DNA of 63,972 bases, filler included, from Phoronis australis (GCA_002633005.1; 12 parts of 12 records of this genome joined end to end with filler, not necessarily neighbours in it); one strand, 5' to 3'. Shown: positions 11,394-25,699, counted from the first letter of the whole stretch. The notes: generated by a model from the sequence alone, not told the origin. Numbers and translations are program-made.

Positions 11394-14300
11394 CTGTGCT
11401 TGAGCATCAGCGTGAAGGGCGAGCGTTCGCTGGAGGTCACCGTCACAGCGGGACAGCTGTGACTGCAGACGACCGACCTGTTGAGATACAGGGGAGACAA
11501 CACAGTCAGACATGCAGCAAAACATGAACGGAGTTAACAAGGTGTGATGCTCACAGACAACACTGTATCTTGAGGAAATTAGTTTATAGAACACCGGTTT
11601 GAGAGGTAGAGCAAGTTGCACTCGATCAGTTGCTCCAGTGTCGTCTAAACACAAACTGGGGCAAGGCGGAAAGGATAATTTCTGTTACGCATCTCTTACT
11701 GGATCAATAGTCAACGTGCCGCTCATTTGAATAACATGCTACACACAAACGTTCCACGACAAATCAGCAACAAAACAACAATATGCATGACAACAAGACA
11801 AAAATGTGACAAAAAGCCAGCAAAACATGCAAAGGGTGACCATGCTAGTCATTCTCAGACTACAATGAAACGGGGGAGGGGGGATGCAGTGAACAAATAT
11901 CAAAGGGTAAACAATTAAATCTTTTGATTACTATGTTACAGAAGACTAAATCAAAATAAATGTGACTCTTTTTTCCATTGAGGTAAACCACCAAACATTT
12001 GTCACTTTCAATTAAAAACTAAGACCAATCTTCGTGCAGAGGGGGTCGTTTTTGAACATAACAAAATTCTATTATCTCAGTCTATCATTATCACATAAAC
12101 GAACTGTCAATCATGGTCCAGAAGTTCCCCAGTAAAAACAAGCCAAATCACGACACAAGATTCATCACATTGTCAAAAGAGAGGAAAAATTTTGTCATCA
12201 AATTGTCGTGCTAGTGTCATTCTTTATTGAACTCTATTTAATCTGGAATGACCCGACTCCAGCATGACCTCAGATCATGACCCTAGTCACACACCTCTGA
12301 GTTTGATTCATCTGCCTGTGCACGTGTAACCGCCAGTTCTTCTTCCAACTGGCTGATCTTCCTCTCAGCACGTTGAAGCTGCAATGTCAAGAGGTCATCA
12401 TACAATCCGATACCGTCACCAGGGGCGGCTAATGTCCCAGGCATTAAAATCGATAGACACAAAAGTCAAGGGATGAACATTCAAAAAACGCAAAACAACA
12501 GGGTTTCTTAATAAAATGAAACTTCTTAAAACTTTAATGAGGAGATTGTTTAGTTCAATGCAGGTTTTTACTCACAAGCATATTAGTTTTCAAAAATGAC
12601 TGTGAAAAAATCTGTTCCCGTTTGAAATTATTAATCGCAATCATCGTGTGTTCCAGTATTCGCTTCCTCATCTTTTCAAGTAAAAAAAAATTGTGAGCAA
12701 TTCCTGGCTTTTGCCTCCGCTATCAGGGAATATGTAGTAGGACTAAGAAATACGTCATTACACATCCTGGCATTTGACACACTTGGGAGTTATACGCAGG
12801 ACTTCCCCGTCTCTCACAAAATCCTTCTGTGCTTAAATATTCAGTAAAAGGAGATACTGAACACTAGATATACTGAGTAAAAAATCATATTGTAGACATC
12901 TTCCTCATTGAGAATAATAACATATTTAGACTAAAATTGTCCAATGGATGTGAAGTGCTGAGAAAATCGAAGACAAACCACAGGTCATTAGAGATGAGTG
13001 ATGAGAAAGTAGTATGTACAGGGCAAAATATTGACTAATAAATGTAAAGCATTGATAAGTAAAATAGTAGATAGAATTTTGATCTTAAGATTATTAGTGT
13101 TGAGAGTTATAACTTTAATGGTGGACAAAGTATTGGCAAAAGGTGTGAAGCAGTGAGAAAGAGAAGTGGAAAAATGTTCTCAGCAGAATAGGGTAGACAA
13201 AATACTGATAATCAATTGTTAGTGTTGCCAATAAGTAATAATGATAAGACAAAATATTCACAAGTAGGACAGAAAATACAAAGTGTATAGACACTAGAAG
13301 TAGTGACCATTATATGTAGAAAAAATAATGATCACAAGAACCGTGAAAAGTGTTATTAGAATAACAGACAGATCAACAAGAACTGAGACTACAAAGCAAG
13401 ATAGATGTTAACTTTAGACTCAGTCTCTGTTTCAATGCAAGGTATGGCTATTAAGTTTAAACAGGTATGCACAAACAAGTCTACCAGCCGAGGATAATCT
13501 TACAACTATTGTAACAGTCCGTGATGATGCGCGACAGATAGCCAACACCCAAGTGGAGTCCAGTTATGTCTGATGAGTGGACAAGATACTTGCCACTCAA
13601 CAACTGACGAAACATAATATACAGGGTGATTCTCCCGAAACAGAGTCCAACTTGAAATTTTTGATAATTATTTCTACTTGACCTATGGAGCCTGTTTTGG
13701 GAGAATCACCCTGTATATCATGACTATTGACAAGAAGGTGAAATTGGGAATTTCAAACTGCTCTCAAATTTGACAACCTACTAACAGTCATTTCCTGAAC
13801 GTAATGGACAACCTTAAAACACACAGGGTGGAAAGCTGTGAGCTATCCAACACACAGGCTTACAGCCAGGTGACTAAAGTGTGGCAAGGAAATGGAATAC
13901 TCAGTAACACGGTGTGTGCCAAGGCAATGGCACGTGTTAAGCATGAAAAGCAAACGCACACAGCAGGTTTGTACAATATGTGGTTATAGCAACTGGAAGA
14001 GAGATTGAATGTTAGTAATTCACACGAGGTACAAATGAAACCTCAAGGGACAGACTACACGGGCCGAAATCGTAACCAAAAGATTGCATACTGGCTATTG
14101 CTGTCTTTTCAGTTTGGGTTAAACGAGGCGTGTTTCATGCGTCTCATACGATTGTGATGAGAATCAAATATGTTAGCTAATATTGCTTATTTCTAGAATT
14201 TGGGACAAGCTCCAACATTGACCAAAATTATTTCGTTACAGTCCCAAATTGAAGAATTTTTACCTAGTAGTTATTACGTACAATTATGCAATCTCTTGGC

Positions 14301-17300
14301 TAAGCTATTTCTGCCCTATCCTGTCCAGAGACATGGTGAACAAGCCAGAGGGTACAACACATGATGTTACCTCCTCGTCTGCTACCTTCTGACGATGGTC
14401 CAGTTTGTCCAGATTGTTTTTGTGTTTATCCAACTAAAATCAAGGCACCACATACACGGTGATACAGGCATTGGACAAAACAAGCGCACCCTAGCGATTC
14501 AGTCACATATGCGAGTCAAAACAAGCATTCAATGTACACTGTTAGAGCTTCAGGCTCATGCAAGTTAGCAGAATGAATAAGCATGAAACTACGTCCGTGT
14601 TTGACTAAATCAAACTTTTGTATTACAAACTGCACCCAGCCAGTTATCTTATGAAGCTGACATTGAAAAGACGTCCCATAAAAATAGATAACTTGATGGA
14701 ATTTTTACAAGATGTCTGACTTTCCCTGCTGCCACGTGTCTGCCCACCCAACTCACTTCAGTCACAGCGTCCTCGCGCTTCTCCTGCAAGCGCAGGACAT
14801 CCACGCGTAGCTTTTGTATGGTGTCATCCCTCCTCGCCAACTCAGACTTGAGCAGGTCCGTGTGTGTCTGAGTCGACTTGGTGCTGTCTCTCAGCTTGGC
14901 CTGGAGCGTTCCAATCTTTGTAAACGAGGGAGGCAGGAGTTAATAATGTATAATGAAAAACATTATGGGAGCAAGAAAAAGAACACACAACTCTTGCAAA
15001 GTCTACTTAAAATTATGTGTAACGTGATTATCCAAGGAAGAAGTGTAAAATTTGTTTTATTGTGGCAATTAAAAAGTAATCAGACAACAAAATTGGCAGC
15101 TGATTAGTTAGTTACATGATATTTAAAACAAGTACAAATTGACGCAGAACAGTTTCATTTAAAAATATTATAAAAATATCCATGTAGGCATCTCTAGTTC
15201 CCTATCATAGTAGATCGGAAATGAAGCTGTACAGCTGAAGCTGTGAGAAGTGTGGATAGCTGCACTATGAATCTATTATCAGGGAATTCAGAGCGATAAA
15301 TTTAGACAGTTTTAGTGTACATCAAGATCGATTTTTCAATCATGATACAAATTCCTTTAACAAACGCAACAATGCAAAACAGAAGTTAACCAATAATTCT
15401 GCCCAGATGCAATCATAAGACTTCTGATTTCTGAACGGGACATTTTTCATAAGACATGGTGCTTACAAATTTAACAATAATAATAAAAAAACACGAGGCA
15501 GACAATTGATCATTCCTACCTCATCATTAGCCTTGCGTCGCTGTAACTTTGATTCTTGTAAGTCTTTCTCCAGTTGCTGTATACGTCTCTCATAATGGTT
15601 CACCTTTTGGGACAGAAACACACATTTAAAGGTGTTTATCATTAGTAATATCATTTGACCAGGCAACGAATAGTTCATTTCTGAATGACTAAGAAAAAGA
15701 ATGGAATCTTCTTTTAAACCTTTAAAAACCATATCACATGGTGACCGATTAATGAACTATATTTCAAAACTGTAACTAAGGAAAATGAATAAATAACACA
15801 ATAAGCATATTTCATTCAAACAAAGCATAAAAATTGCATACAACCAAGTTATTGAAATGTTGCCTTAATTTCAAGATGTTAGCAATGACTGACATCCAAG
15901 GATGGATTGCAAACTTCAACATGACAGGATTTTCTTAGAAAGTGCCAGAATGAGTCAATATTTTGTATAAAGCATAAATTTCCAGAACGGCTTTAAGACA
16001 TGCTCATGAAATCCTTTATACAGCATATCTAACAGGATCTGGAATTTTTGTTGCATGCACGCAGAAACTGCAGAATTATTAGCTGTGTGTCATCGAAATT
16101 TTGAAAAAACTTCCGCAAACACATTCGTGTTAAATAGACCTTGGTGCATTGAAACAACGTACTGTGTGCACCACAACTCATTATACCCTCTTCCAAGTAC
16201 TACTTACATCATGTTTAGCCTGCGTTTTCTCTTCCTCGACTACACTAAAATCTGTCTTGAGCTGCCTGACAGCATCGTTACACTTGGCAAGCTGAAACAA
16301 AATCAACAAGTGTTACTACCAAAATGAATTAAAAAAAGTGTCAACGATTTTACATTTGATTCAAGCAACACAGTTGGGTTAAACAAACAGTTAAGTCTAA
16401 CCACAATGCACTGCAAACATCATCCACTTTCATGACTCCACACTTCTTAGATTGAGATCATAGAGTCAGAGTGCACTCAACTGCAAGGTACCTAACAAGA
16501 ACATCAAGACAATGATAATCCAGTGATTCATTAACAAGAACCATCAAATAACACAACACACTACTAACTGCAATGTTATGCACATAAACAGAATAGACAA
16601 ATGAATTTCAATATTCATTTACACCAACACATGAACGTAAATCATCAGCGCATTCAAAAATAATGGATGAAGATGACAAGAGGTTCACACATGAAATAAA
16701 TCACTGCGAGTGAAAATGAGCTGACAGTTTGTATATACGAGTTTGGCAATTCATAACACTTGTTCATGCTCTTGTTCATATGACTTGACGTATGATTCAG
16801 TGGTTCATGCACACAAATCAGTGGTTTGCACACGTGATTCAGTTGTTCACGCGGATGATTCAAGGCTGGCATTATATTGAACAGTACTAACAAACAGAGC
16901 AGTGATGTGTGTTTCAGCCAACAAAGAGATATCAAGGAACAGGATTAACAGCAGGTTTTAAGATGCACGGCTAGAAGCAGACAGATGCCCTGCAGATACA
17001 CTGATCTACAGCACCTCATCCACTCACAGACTTGCGCGTATCCTTGATGTCCAGATTGAAACACTGGTTCAAATGCTGCAGTTTGTAGACTCTCTGTGAC
17101 AACTCGCCAGTGACATACATCATATCATCCAACTCCTCATCACCAGAGTATCCAGACTCACAAATAGATATTTGACTAACAACACTGTCCATGGTGTAAT
17201 AATAGGAACAAACTACTGTAATAGCATTTCGAAATACCACCTGCTCTTGACTGTACTGCCAAGACAAAGTCAGTGAGAATGAGTATGTGAAGTGTAGGGA

Positions 17301-18705
17301 AATCCAGATCTGTGTTTATATTGTAGCAAAATCCAATACCCAAGTGTTAGGATTTGACCACCTTACACTCAGGGCACATTAAGAATCACCGAACAGCTAG
17401 GTACTGAAAATCCCGAAATGTTTGTGACAACAACAAAAGTAACAGACAAACCCTGTAGAATCACAACATGAAAAGCACACAAGAAACTCTTAACAAATCA
17501 TGATACAATAAAAATGAACAGCATTCATTACATTGCTCCTCCAAAGAAATATTGTTTGAATTTTGTTCCTAGGTAGGCATTACAAAGTTTACAGTAACAC
17601 AAGGGCATGGCAGACCCGTACAACAAATCTGTCATGTCAACAAACTAATCCACTAGGAGCTCCTAAGGTTGGTAATTCAAAACCCTTACACCCATTCATG
17701 GTATGTTTAAAATGGGCTTAGTGGACAATTAAGGTCAGAGATTGAGTAAACAAAATCAAGGCAATGCTAAAAAAGAAAGGGTCCGTTATATCAACAAAAT
17801 AGTGAGTTGAGTTTATGTCAAACCATTCAACCATTCGGTTTCTGTCACAACAACCAACATGTTTTTCATTTTCAGGACAAACAAAACACATAATTAATAT
17901 CAATACTCTTTTAAACAAGACATACTAGAAAGTCAACAAAGATGATTGTGAAACCCCTATTGGCTGAATGAGTCGAGCAACCAAGCCTGTTGACAAACAC
18001 TTAAAGCAAGATGGAATAAAAAACACCAGACAGCTTGAATTGGCATGCCCTCTGGCAGTCACCAGACTAACAACTCATTTCTTTGGGTAAATTTCCAATG
18101 AATTTAAGATTAAGTAGGAACTTATCGACAAGTGTGCATATTTAGCCAAATGCCAACAAAACTACAGAAATTAACCCAGTCTGTAAAAGCAATTTTTTTC
18201 CATCACCTTTTCTAACGTTTCGAGGAGATCTCATCTTCCAGCATTTGCGACACTCTTGAATGGCCTGCGACTGCTTTGGAAGCAACAGCACCTCTGGGAC
18301 GTTCATATACCCCATGATGCATTGCAAACAATACGTTTCCAGGGGTTCAGTTATGGAATAATAAAGCTACTTAATCAATTTTACCACAATGGGTAGGTGC
18401 AACAGCAAAAAAAAACCCTTGTTAAGACCAAAATGACCATTAGGAGGTGCCGTGATAGTCAAATTCATACGCAAATTTTACGGTTCCGGCATTTTGCCAT
18501 CAGGTGTACTACAGAGAATGCCACTGCATGCTTACAGCTGTGCACAAAGCAAACTGACCTCAAGAGAAGATTCTTTCTGCTTCTCCTGCAGAATGTTAAT
18601 AGTGTGGTGAAGGTTCTCTATCTCAGAGTTACGCAGCAGTATCTCAGTTTCCTCATCCTTCACTTTCAGTTTGAGTGACGAGATCTCGCGCTCCTTCGAC
18701 TCCAA
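11394..18705 (-). CDS. Long coiled-coil protein gene, partial; at least 7 phase-0 exons
   Basis: AG/GT-bounded in-frame exons: 18559-18705 (LESKEREISSLK...SSLE), 16208-16291 (LAKCNDAVRQLK...KHD), 15520-15603 (VNHYERRIQQLEKDLQE...), 14757-14915 (IGTLQAKLRD...AVTE), 14371-14433 (LDKHKNNLDKL...), 12295-12378 (LQRAERKISQLEEEL...), 11394-11477 (VGRLQSQLSRC...). Heptad pattern, no stops. Family not identified. Confidence 0.85.
13622..13713. mobile_element. Tc1/mariner-type MITE
   Basis: 22-bp TIR CAGGGTGATTCTCCC(G/A)AAACAG (1 mismatch), flanked by TA on both sides. Confidence 0.8.
14061..14316. mobile_element. MITE with imperfect ~30-bp TIRs (GGGC...GCCC; possibly PIF/Harbinger)
   Basis: GGGCCGAAATCGTAACCAAAAGATTGCATA versus reverse complement of the right end, GGGCAGAAATAGCTTAGCCAAGAGATTGCATA. 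No clear TSD. Confidence 0.55.
17028..17192 (-). CDS. Candidate alternative first (or cassette) exon of the coiled-coil gene
   Basis: accATGG start context; MDSVVSQISICESGYSGDEELDDMMYVTGELSQRVYKLQHLNQCFNLDIKDTRKS, then a phase-0 gtgagt donor. Confidence 0.45.
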
Positions 18706-19432
18706 CTGTAAAACATCAAATGAAATGTACCTAATCAACAGTGCCGTGCAAAGTGCACATCTACGTGACATTTTTAAAAACCCTCTTATGGAGACAGTGT
18801 CCTGTGTAAATTGAAAACACTCTGGAAAAAACAAAATCCTGGAAGTTTAAGATTTCATGGCTTCAAACCAAGATCAATCAATTGCAAACACAGAAATAAC
18901 TAACTGTTTAGCAGTAGTAACAATATTCACTGTTTCATGAACAGGAATGTGACATTCTCAGAAGGCAAGATGAGTACTTGCATTTGAAGGGGAAAGTGCC
19001 CTTGTCCTGTGAACCCAAAACCGCCAGTTGTCACAAATCTCCCGCTGATCCAACTATTTCATTTGTGATTAATCAGTGCATCAACAGTTTCTGTCACTGT
19101 CTGTCTTAAAAAAACTATAGAATCAATGTTATTGTTACTAGATCTGCTCAATGTTCATGCCCAGACTTTTTAACTTCTGAGACAGTGTACATATAGCAGG
19201 GCTTGGAATGACCAATGACAAGAAAACGCGGAAACTTTTACGGCCCAAACGATGCGCGCTATCCAGCTTGAAATGGTCGATGTGAACCTTCCCCCGACAA
19301 AAATGGGGAGGACTAAAAAAAAAAAAAAAACGNNNNNNNNNNNNNNNNNNNNNNNNNNNNNNNNNNNNNNNNNNNNTTAATTAATTAANNNNNNNNNNNN
19401 NNNNNNNNNNNNNNNNNNNNNNNNNNNNNNNN

Positions 19433-20598
19433 CTTGGAGTGGCTGATATAGATAAGCCATGGTTTACTAGAAGCATTAGTAAACGTATGAAACGTAACTC
19501 TTGTACAAATCTTTTTCAGCTGCAAAGCCTCGCCTCTCGTGTTTGTTAGGGTGGGAAATGGCGAAAAACTTTCTAATACAGCTCTGATTTCATTTACACG
19601 CCAAGTATGACTTCAAGTTCCTGCTCACCAGTCGTCTCAACCAGACTTGCGTCGACAACTTCTTCAGCATCATTAGGGGAAAAGGGGGCCAGCGAGACAA
19701 CACAGATGCAAGGGAATTTAGAGCCGCCTTTGGTCAGGTATATGTCATGCAGTTTGCATATGCTATGTGCAGCACAACTTAAATTGATTCTTGTCAGTAT
19801 GCGATAAATGTCTGGAATTACCTTGTTCTGTGATGTTTTACCTGAACACTTAATATCTTTTTTGAGAATTAATTTTCGAAGAATAGAAGAGTCTAGTATT
19901 TTTTGGATCCGCCGAATAATCAAAATAATTTCATGTACATGCAGGTGATGGTCGATGCTCTCGTACTGTGTGGAAAGAAAGACAACTATAAGGACGATGC
20001 AGACGTGTTCCAGTCAACATTTAGTGGCAACGATGTTAACCATTACGTCCTGCCAGCAGACACATAAACACCACACCAACCACAAGGTATTGACCATATT
20101 CTGACAGTACGCTCTCTGTCTCAGGACGCTAGTACACTCTGGATTCAGGAGCGTAATGTCGTTACCTATATAGGAGGGTACATTGTCTGTAAACTGTGCT
20201 CTGTCGTTTGCTCAAGCTGTGCGCGCCATTTGTGCGACAAGACAAGTGTAAATGTCAATAATGTTGACTTCATTCAGAGAAAGAAAGTTGAAAGTGCCGT
20301 CAATGGTTTGGTTATGTCATCCCAAGAGGTAATTGAGTTGTTATCCAGCCTCGATCTGCGGTACAGGGAAATCATTGACGAGGCAATAAACCGTGACGGA
20401 ATCACTATCACCTGCTCTGTGTAAGGATGTAGGTGCCTTTCAGCACTCATGTTCTTAGTGCAATACTGTAAGAGCTATATAAGTTTTGTACATGTTTTTC
20501 TGAACATCAGACTGCACTTAATGTTGAAAACATTCAACAGAAACCTCCTGGGTAAAAGAAATGAAAGAAAAGTGCTTATTAAAGTTTAGCCATCTTAA
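19433..20598 (+). pseudogene. P-element/THAP9-like transposase pseudogene (C-terminal part, intron-containing)
   Basis: CLLGWEMAKNFLIQL*FHLHAKYDFKFLLTSRLNQTCVDNFFSIIRGKGGQRDNTDAREFRAAF matches the P-transposase motif LLTxxxxQDxxENxFxxIRxxGGxxDNP. After an intron (19738-19944): VMVDAL..., ERNVVTYIGGYIVCKLCSVVCSSC, FLNIRLH. In-frame stops present. Confidence 0.8.
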
Positions 20599-23500
20599 CA
20601 CTAGTAACCACCAATTTCAAATCGTGGAGCAACCTGTGGGTATTGTCAAGAAATGTTTCATTGTTTTAATTTTTACAATAATTCATGTTTTGGATAGCTT
20701 AGCAATATTGATGTGTTCTCATGTGTTGTTCTACGGCAGAATCGACATACTCATTGTGCATTGTAATTTCTGTTTGTTTACCTGATTAGACCGATATACT
20801 AAGCTTGGTTTGCTCCGCCTGTTAAAGATATATTTGTTTGACATGAGATCACACTGGCCTATTCTTCTCTTGCTTTTCCAACTAGACGGATATCCTAGCT
20901 CGGTAAGCTCTGTCCGTCAAACATATTGGTAAATCAAGAATGTACTTTGTGCTCAAGTCAAGAATCTATTGTTACAGTATATGACAGCTTATGGTTAGGG
21001 AGGTATCCTAGCTCGGTTAGCTCTGCCTTCTATAGATACTTTTTTGTCAATGTGTGTCTACTAAAATTATATGTGAGGGAACATGAGAATGGAATACAGT
21101 GTGGTAGTGATGAATTGTCTTGCTTTCTTTTTCTTACTTGTGTTACACCTAGTGCACAAACCAATTGTCTGCACTGGTAGCAGCCTGGCGTATTCAATAG
21201 GGAACACATTCAAAATTGTTGGGTGTACATGAAACGAGCACTGTGCTGGGAGCACTTTGTAATGAAAAGTTGAAAAACACCCTGGATGGTACTGGTGCAT
21301 GATGGCCAATAGTCATTACAAGCAAAAGTCCTTGGGGTCATGCACAAAACGAGGGCCAAATCTTATCACCACCTCAGCACATGTTGTCAATGGTCAGGGG
21401 AACAACCAAAATTTGTGACGATGGGAGGGGCTCAACACTCATGTGGCACACCCCACTGGTTTTTACCTGTTTAGCACTCCTGCCATGTACCCCCCTGGGA
21501 GGGGGTCAACACCCACCTGGATTGCACTCCTCCCTTGTACCCCTTTGCTGGCACCTGGGGATGACTCCCCCCTGAACCCCCAGGAGCAATCACTAAAATT
21601 ATGCAGGTATGAAATGTTATAAGGAACGGTAATTTGCCTTATTAAGAACTCAAACAAGAAACAAAACCATGATGGCTTTTGAAGGGAGCTTCAAGAGAAT
21701 GAAATCCAATACACTTTGGCACGTAGACACACTTACTCACAACGCTGATAATGTAACGTCTGAGGTTACTAGTACCTTCCAACACGTAAAGAAGCAAACT
21801 AGGAGTTGTAATAACTGCTCGACAACAAAGGAAAAAACACAGATAGACTGGGAGTTGACCGTCTACCTCCCAACGCTAAGGAAAGAAATAACTATGCAGG
21901 AGTTGTGGCACAGCTTGTGGACGTCGTTGGACATCGAGGACTTTAGTTGCCNNNNNNNNNNNNNNNNNNNNNNNNNNNNNNNNNNNNNNNNNNNNTTAAT
22001 TAATTAANNNNNNNNNNNNNNNNNNNNNNNNNNNNNNNNNNNNNNNNNNNNGGGGGGGGGGGGTGAGGAGTCTATTGCCAAGGACGTGGGATAGGGCACT
22101 GAAGAGGGTCCCGCGCAAACTGTGCTGCGGATCACATGACGAATCACGTGACACCTCAGTGGCCTGATGAAGTCCTCGTAACGTAGCCATCTCTATATAA
22201 TCGTAAGTCCAGTAATTTATTTATTAATTTTTTCTACCACTGTAACAAACGATGATCTGAAAGGTCAGATGGATATTTTGGACTTGAAACCAGTGCACTC
22301 ACTGAACGATATAACTTGAAGCTTCGGTGCCAACGACAAGGTAAATCTGCAGACTCGTTCTTGTAGGGCCTGTATAAATTAACTAACTTGTGCAATTGTG
22401 GAGCGATTGTTATCAACTGCTTTACATCTTTATAGCTTTTTTTCGACCGTCTGCAGGCGAACACGGACTTAACGTTGGTTTAAAGGGTACAGGGTTCCAG
22501 ACATGGATTTTGCTGTGGATAAGCCCACCCGATGAAACGCCAATGGATGTTTATTCAGAACATCATGTCAAATATACATGTATATGCTCATGGGCGTTTC
22601 TTTGGTATTAAAACTTCTGGTATCAAGTGTCCAGATCCCGGGATATTCATTGGGAAAATGTGCTCTTAAAACCTTAAAATCTTGTTTTAGGAAGACAATA
22701 AGTTATTGATTCCCAAATAAAGTTGTTTAAACTTGCAATTTTCATGGCCTGAAATTTAAAGTGCTGTTTGCTGAACTCTATTTTTGAGGCTCTAAAAATT
22801 AAAGAACTGGAGAGTCGCCTAACCGACATGAAAATTCAAAAACTTGTATAGTTGGCACGTCTAAAGCTACCATTTAAGACTATCTGATGAAATTTGTATT
22901 TTGCTTTGCTCCTATAGTTCTATTTTGTAAAACATAGCATGCAAATGGTGTTTTTGTTTTACTTTCTCAGAAATGTATACAGCACTTTTTGGAATGTTTT
23001 TCCTGTTTGTCATTGTAAAAATCAATTCCATTGTATATTTGTGTTGCCAATTTTCACTTAACACGTGTAAAGTAAGGCAGGGTAATCCCAGACCCCTGTT
23101 ACATTACTTACTCATTGGAAATGGGAAAATATTAAAATGAAAAATGTGTATTTTGTGTGTGCTGTGCTATCTGATAACCACTAAAAATACGGCTGACCGA
23201 ACACCTTTCATAACTCGAGTCTTCTCTCTCATGTTCTCTGATATCAAATGCTGTGGTATTTTGTTTCAGTTGTTGGTTTACTTCATGTTATTATCTGTCT
23301 TTCTTCTGCATGCGATAATATAACACTTAAAATTGCATTCCCTTCACTGAGTATAAAGTACAAAAACTTAGTTTTTAAAAATGTAGTATACAAGTTTGAT
23401 TGCGAACATTGAATATCTGTTGACATCACAAAACCCAAAAGAAAATAACAGTGCCAACTGGTCCTTCCAAGTTTTGACTTCAATTCAATCGCAGGTTGTC

Positions 23501-23819
23501 TCTGCACTACTCAATATTGAAACTGATTTTGGCAAGTGAATATTCACGCTCAGTGCGATAATGAAAATTAGCTGTTTTCTGTTTAAAGAGCTAGAGAAGA
23601 GTCCTGTGGGAAGAGTTCACTTTTACAAAATCACGTTCTAGGTAAAACTCTTAAGTTCCATATTACTTTACAAATATTCTACGTATTTGTCGTATTTTCG
23701 ACATATCCAGGATCCTTTTTGTTTAGAAGATGCTCAGACCCTGAAAGTGAGAAATGGACATTAGGTCTTAATGACCATGCCTACTTTCATAATCATAAGT
23801 ATCACTCGTCAAAAAAAAA

Positions 23820-24185
23820 AATTGGAGAACACGTCAATTGGGTCGACATGGAGAGCACGGTGTGCAGCGATTGAAATTATAGGACTCTCTTTTGTTTGCA
23901 TTCAAGAAGCCTGTTTTGAATGTGCATCAAACGGGGTCATCGTGCTGCACTTGTTTGCGCGATATTCTTGTTACCCCTTCCATTTGTCAGTTTTAGCAGT
24001 ATTCCACATCTGCTGCGTCTCTTTGGGTATTTCACTAGCTTTTGCTCTGTGGTGATATTATTGAGTCATTTTGTTTCCACTTGAGAATGAAACAAGTATG
24101 TATCGAAATATCATTTGTCTTTTAATCATGTCTCTTGGTCAGTTACTTTACCAATGTTCTGTTGACTTCTGCACTTTGTTCCGAG
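23820..24185 (+). mobile_element. 3' fragment of a Penelope-like element (ORF end plus terminal repeat)
   Basis: ...KKPVLNVHQTG followed by cacttgagaatgaaacaagtatgt-tcgaaatatc, homologous to 28125-28345. Confidence 0.6.
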
Positions 24186-24482
24186 GATGCGAACGGAATG
24201 GAATGAAGATTGTTAACAGCAACGAGTGCCAATAATAATCATAAATATATTTAGAAGTTTCCCTACAATGTACTGTTGGCCTATGATACATTGTCAGGTT
24301 TAGGCATGAGCCTGCCCCCCCCCCGAGCTGCCGCAAGCAAAAGGAAACAGCAACAGCAACAGCATGCACCGTGAGTAACTGGGACCGCTAGCGCCGGAAT
24401 CACGTTCGCTTTTTTTAGTCCACCAATACATTTGCAGAACGCAAGGTCCACATCACCTGTCCGCTTTCATTACTCATGATCA

Positions 24483-24668
24483 TGGGTTCAAGTCCCACCA
24501 GGTCACACTGCTAAACCCTTGAGCCAGGTCTCTTGCTCCTCAGCACGGTTTTAACCCTATATTCATAAAGCATAAAAATATTTCCAGATGATCAGTGCAA
24601 TGGGTCCACATGCAAGGCCTGCGCACGTCTGGTACAACGTGTATCAGACCACCTGCAATTATTTTTTT
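24483..24668 (+). mobile_element. 5'-truncated copy of the tRNA-derived SINE
   Basis: High identity to 9417-9596, from the B-box to cctgcaatt. Confidence 0.8.
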
Positions 24669-25699
24669 ACCCCTCCAACTTTCGGGTCGCCTGTGCACAT
24701 ACAATTGCGATTTGCCCAATTCCACGAGCGACATGTTTGGGCTTCCCTTATTGTATTCTAGATGCGCCACTGTGATACTATTGACGGAAGTTTTTGACAC
24801 TAGGGTTGTGCAAATGATATATATGTCAATGTCGGTGAGCCTTTCCTCCCCCTGGAACAAAGCTGCGTGAATTACACAAATATTTGTTGTGTAACATTGT
24901 AACGAATTCATTTTTGTTGGTTAATACTTTTACTTATGATTATGAGCTGATTCGTACGGTACTGAATTTAAACAAACACTAATACTACTTGCAGCAAAAA
25001 ACAGCTGATGCGACTTAAGTGTAAACATGGGAAATGGGAAAATCAGTTGAAGACGTTTCTGGCTTTAATATTCCATAACATGTCTGAATCATCTTGTGAA
25101 GGTTTTAAATTACATGAGAGAGAACTTCAAAAAATCAAAAAAGTCGACGCATTACTTATTAAGTAATTAATTAATTTGGTTAATAACCAAATCTTGAAAC
25201 GAGGGAACGGCTGCTCCGTGAAACCGGAAGTTTTCTATTCTGCGTTTGCAGCGCCCTCGTATGGTAAGTGCTTATGTCTCTTGGTCCTTGACATGCTCAA
25301 CTCTCTCTAACGGGAGTTGGTAGTCCCTATCTATAGTCTATGGTGACAAAACTCCGACTCTGTGTCAGGTAGTCTTTAACTGCGAGTCCGAAAAATGCCG
25401 GCTGACCAAAGAACTATCCATAAGTTCCGTTGCCTGTGCAATTTCACGGAGCCTCTCTAGTATTTCTTGATCACCGTATTCCGATTCGAAGTCTTGATTG
25501 CAAGTTGCCATGATGACGTTTATTCTGCGTTCTGTTTCAAAATGAATTATTCTCACTCTAACCAATGCTTATATAAATCTGGAACAAAGTCTGTCTCATT
25601 AGATACAATTTATAATACCTTTGGAGTATTCGTGAATGGAAATGTTTTAAGAAGTCAGCAATGAATAAACCCAGACATATCCTCAAGTTTTCTTTGCTT

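Noticed and set aside
18142-18327. Extra exon of the coiled-coil gene
   Set aside because: No convincing acceptor/donor pair in phase 0 and no heptad character.
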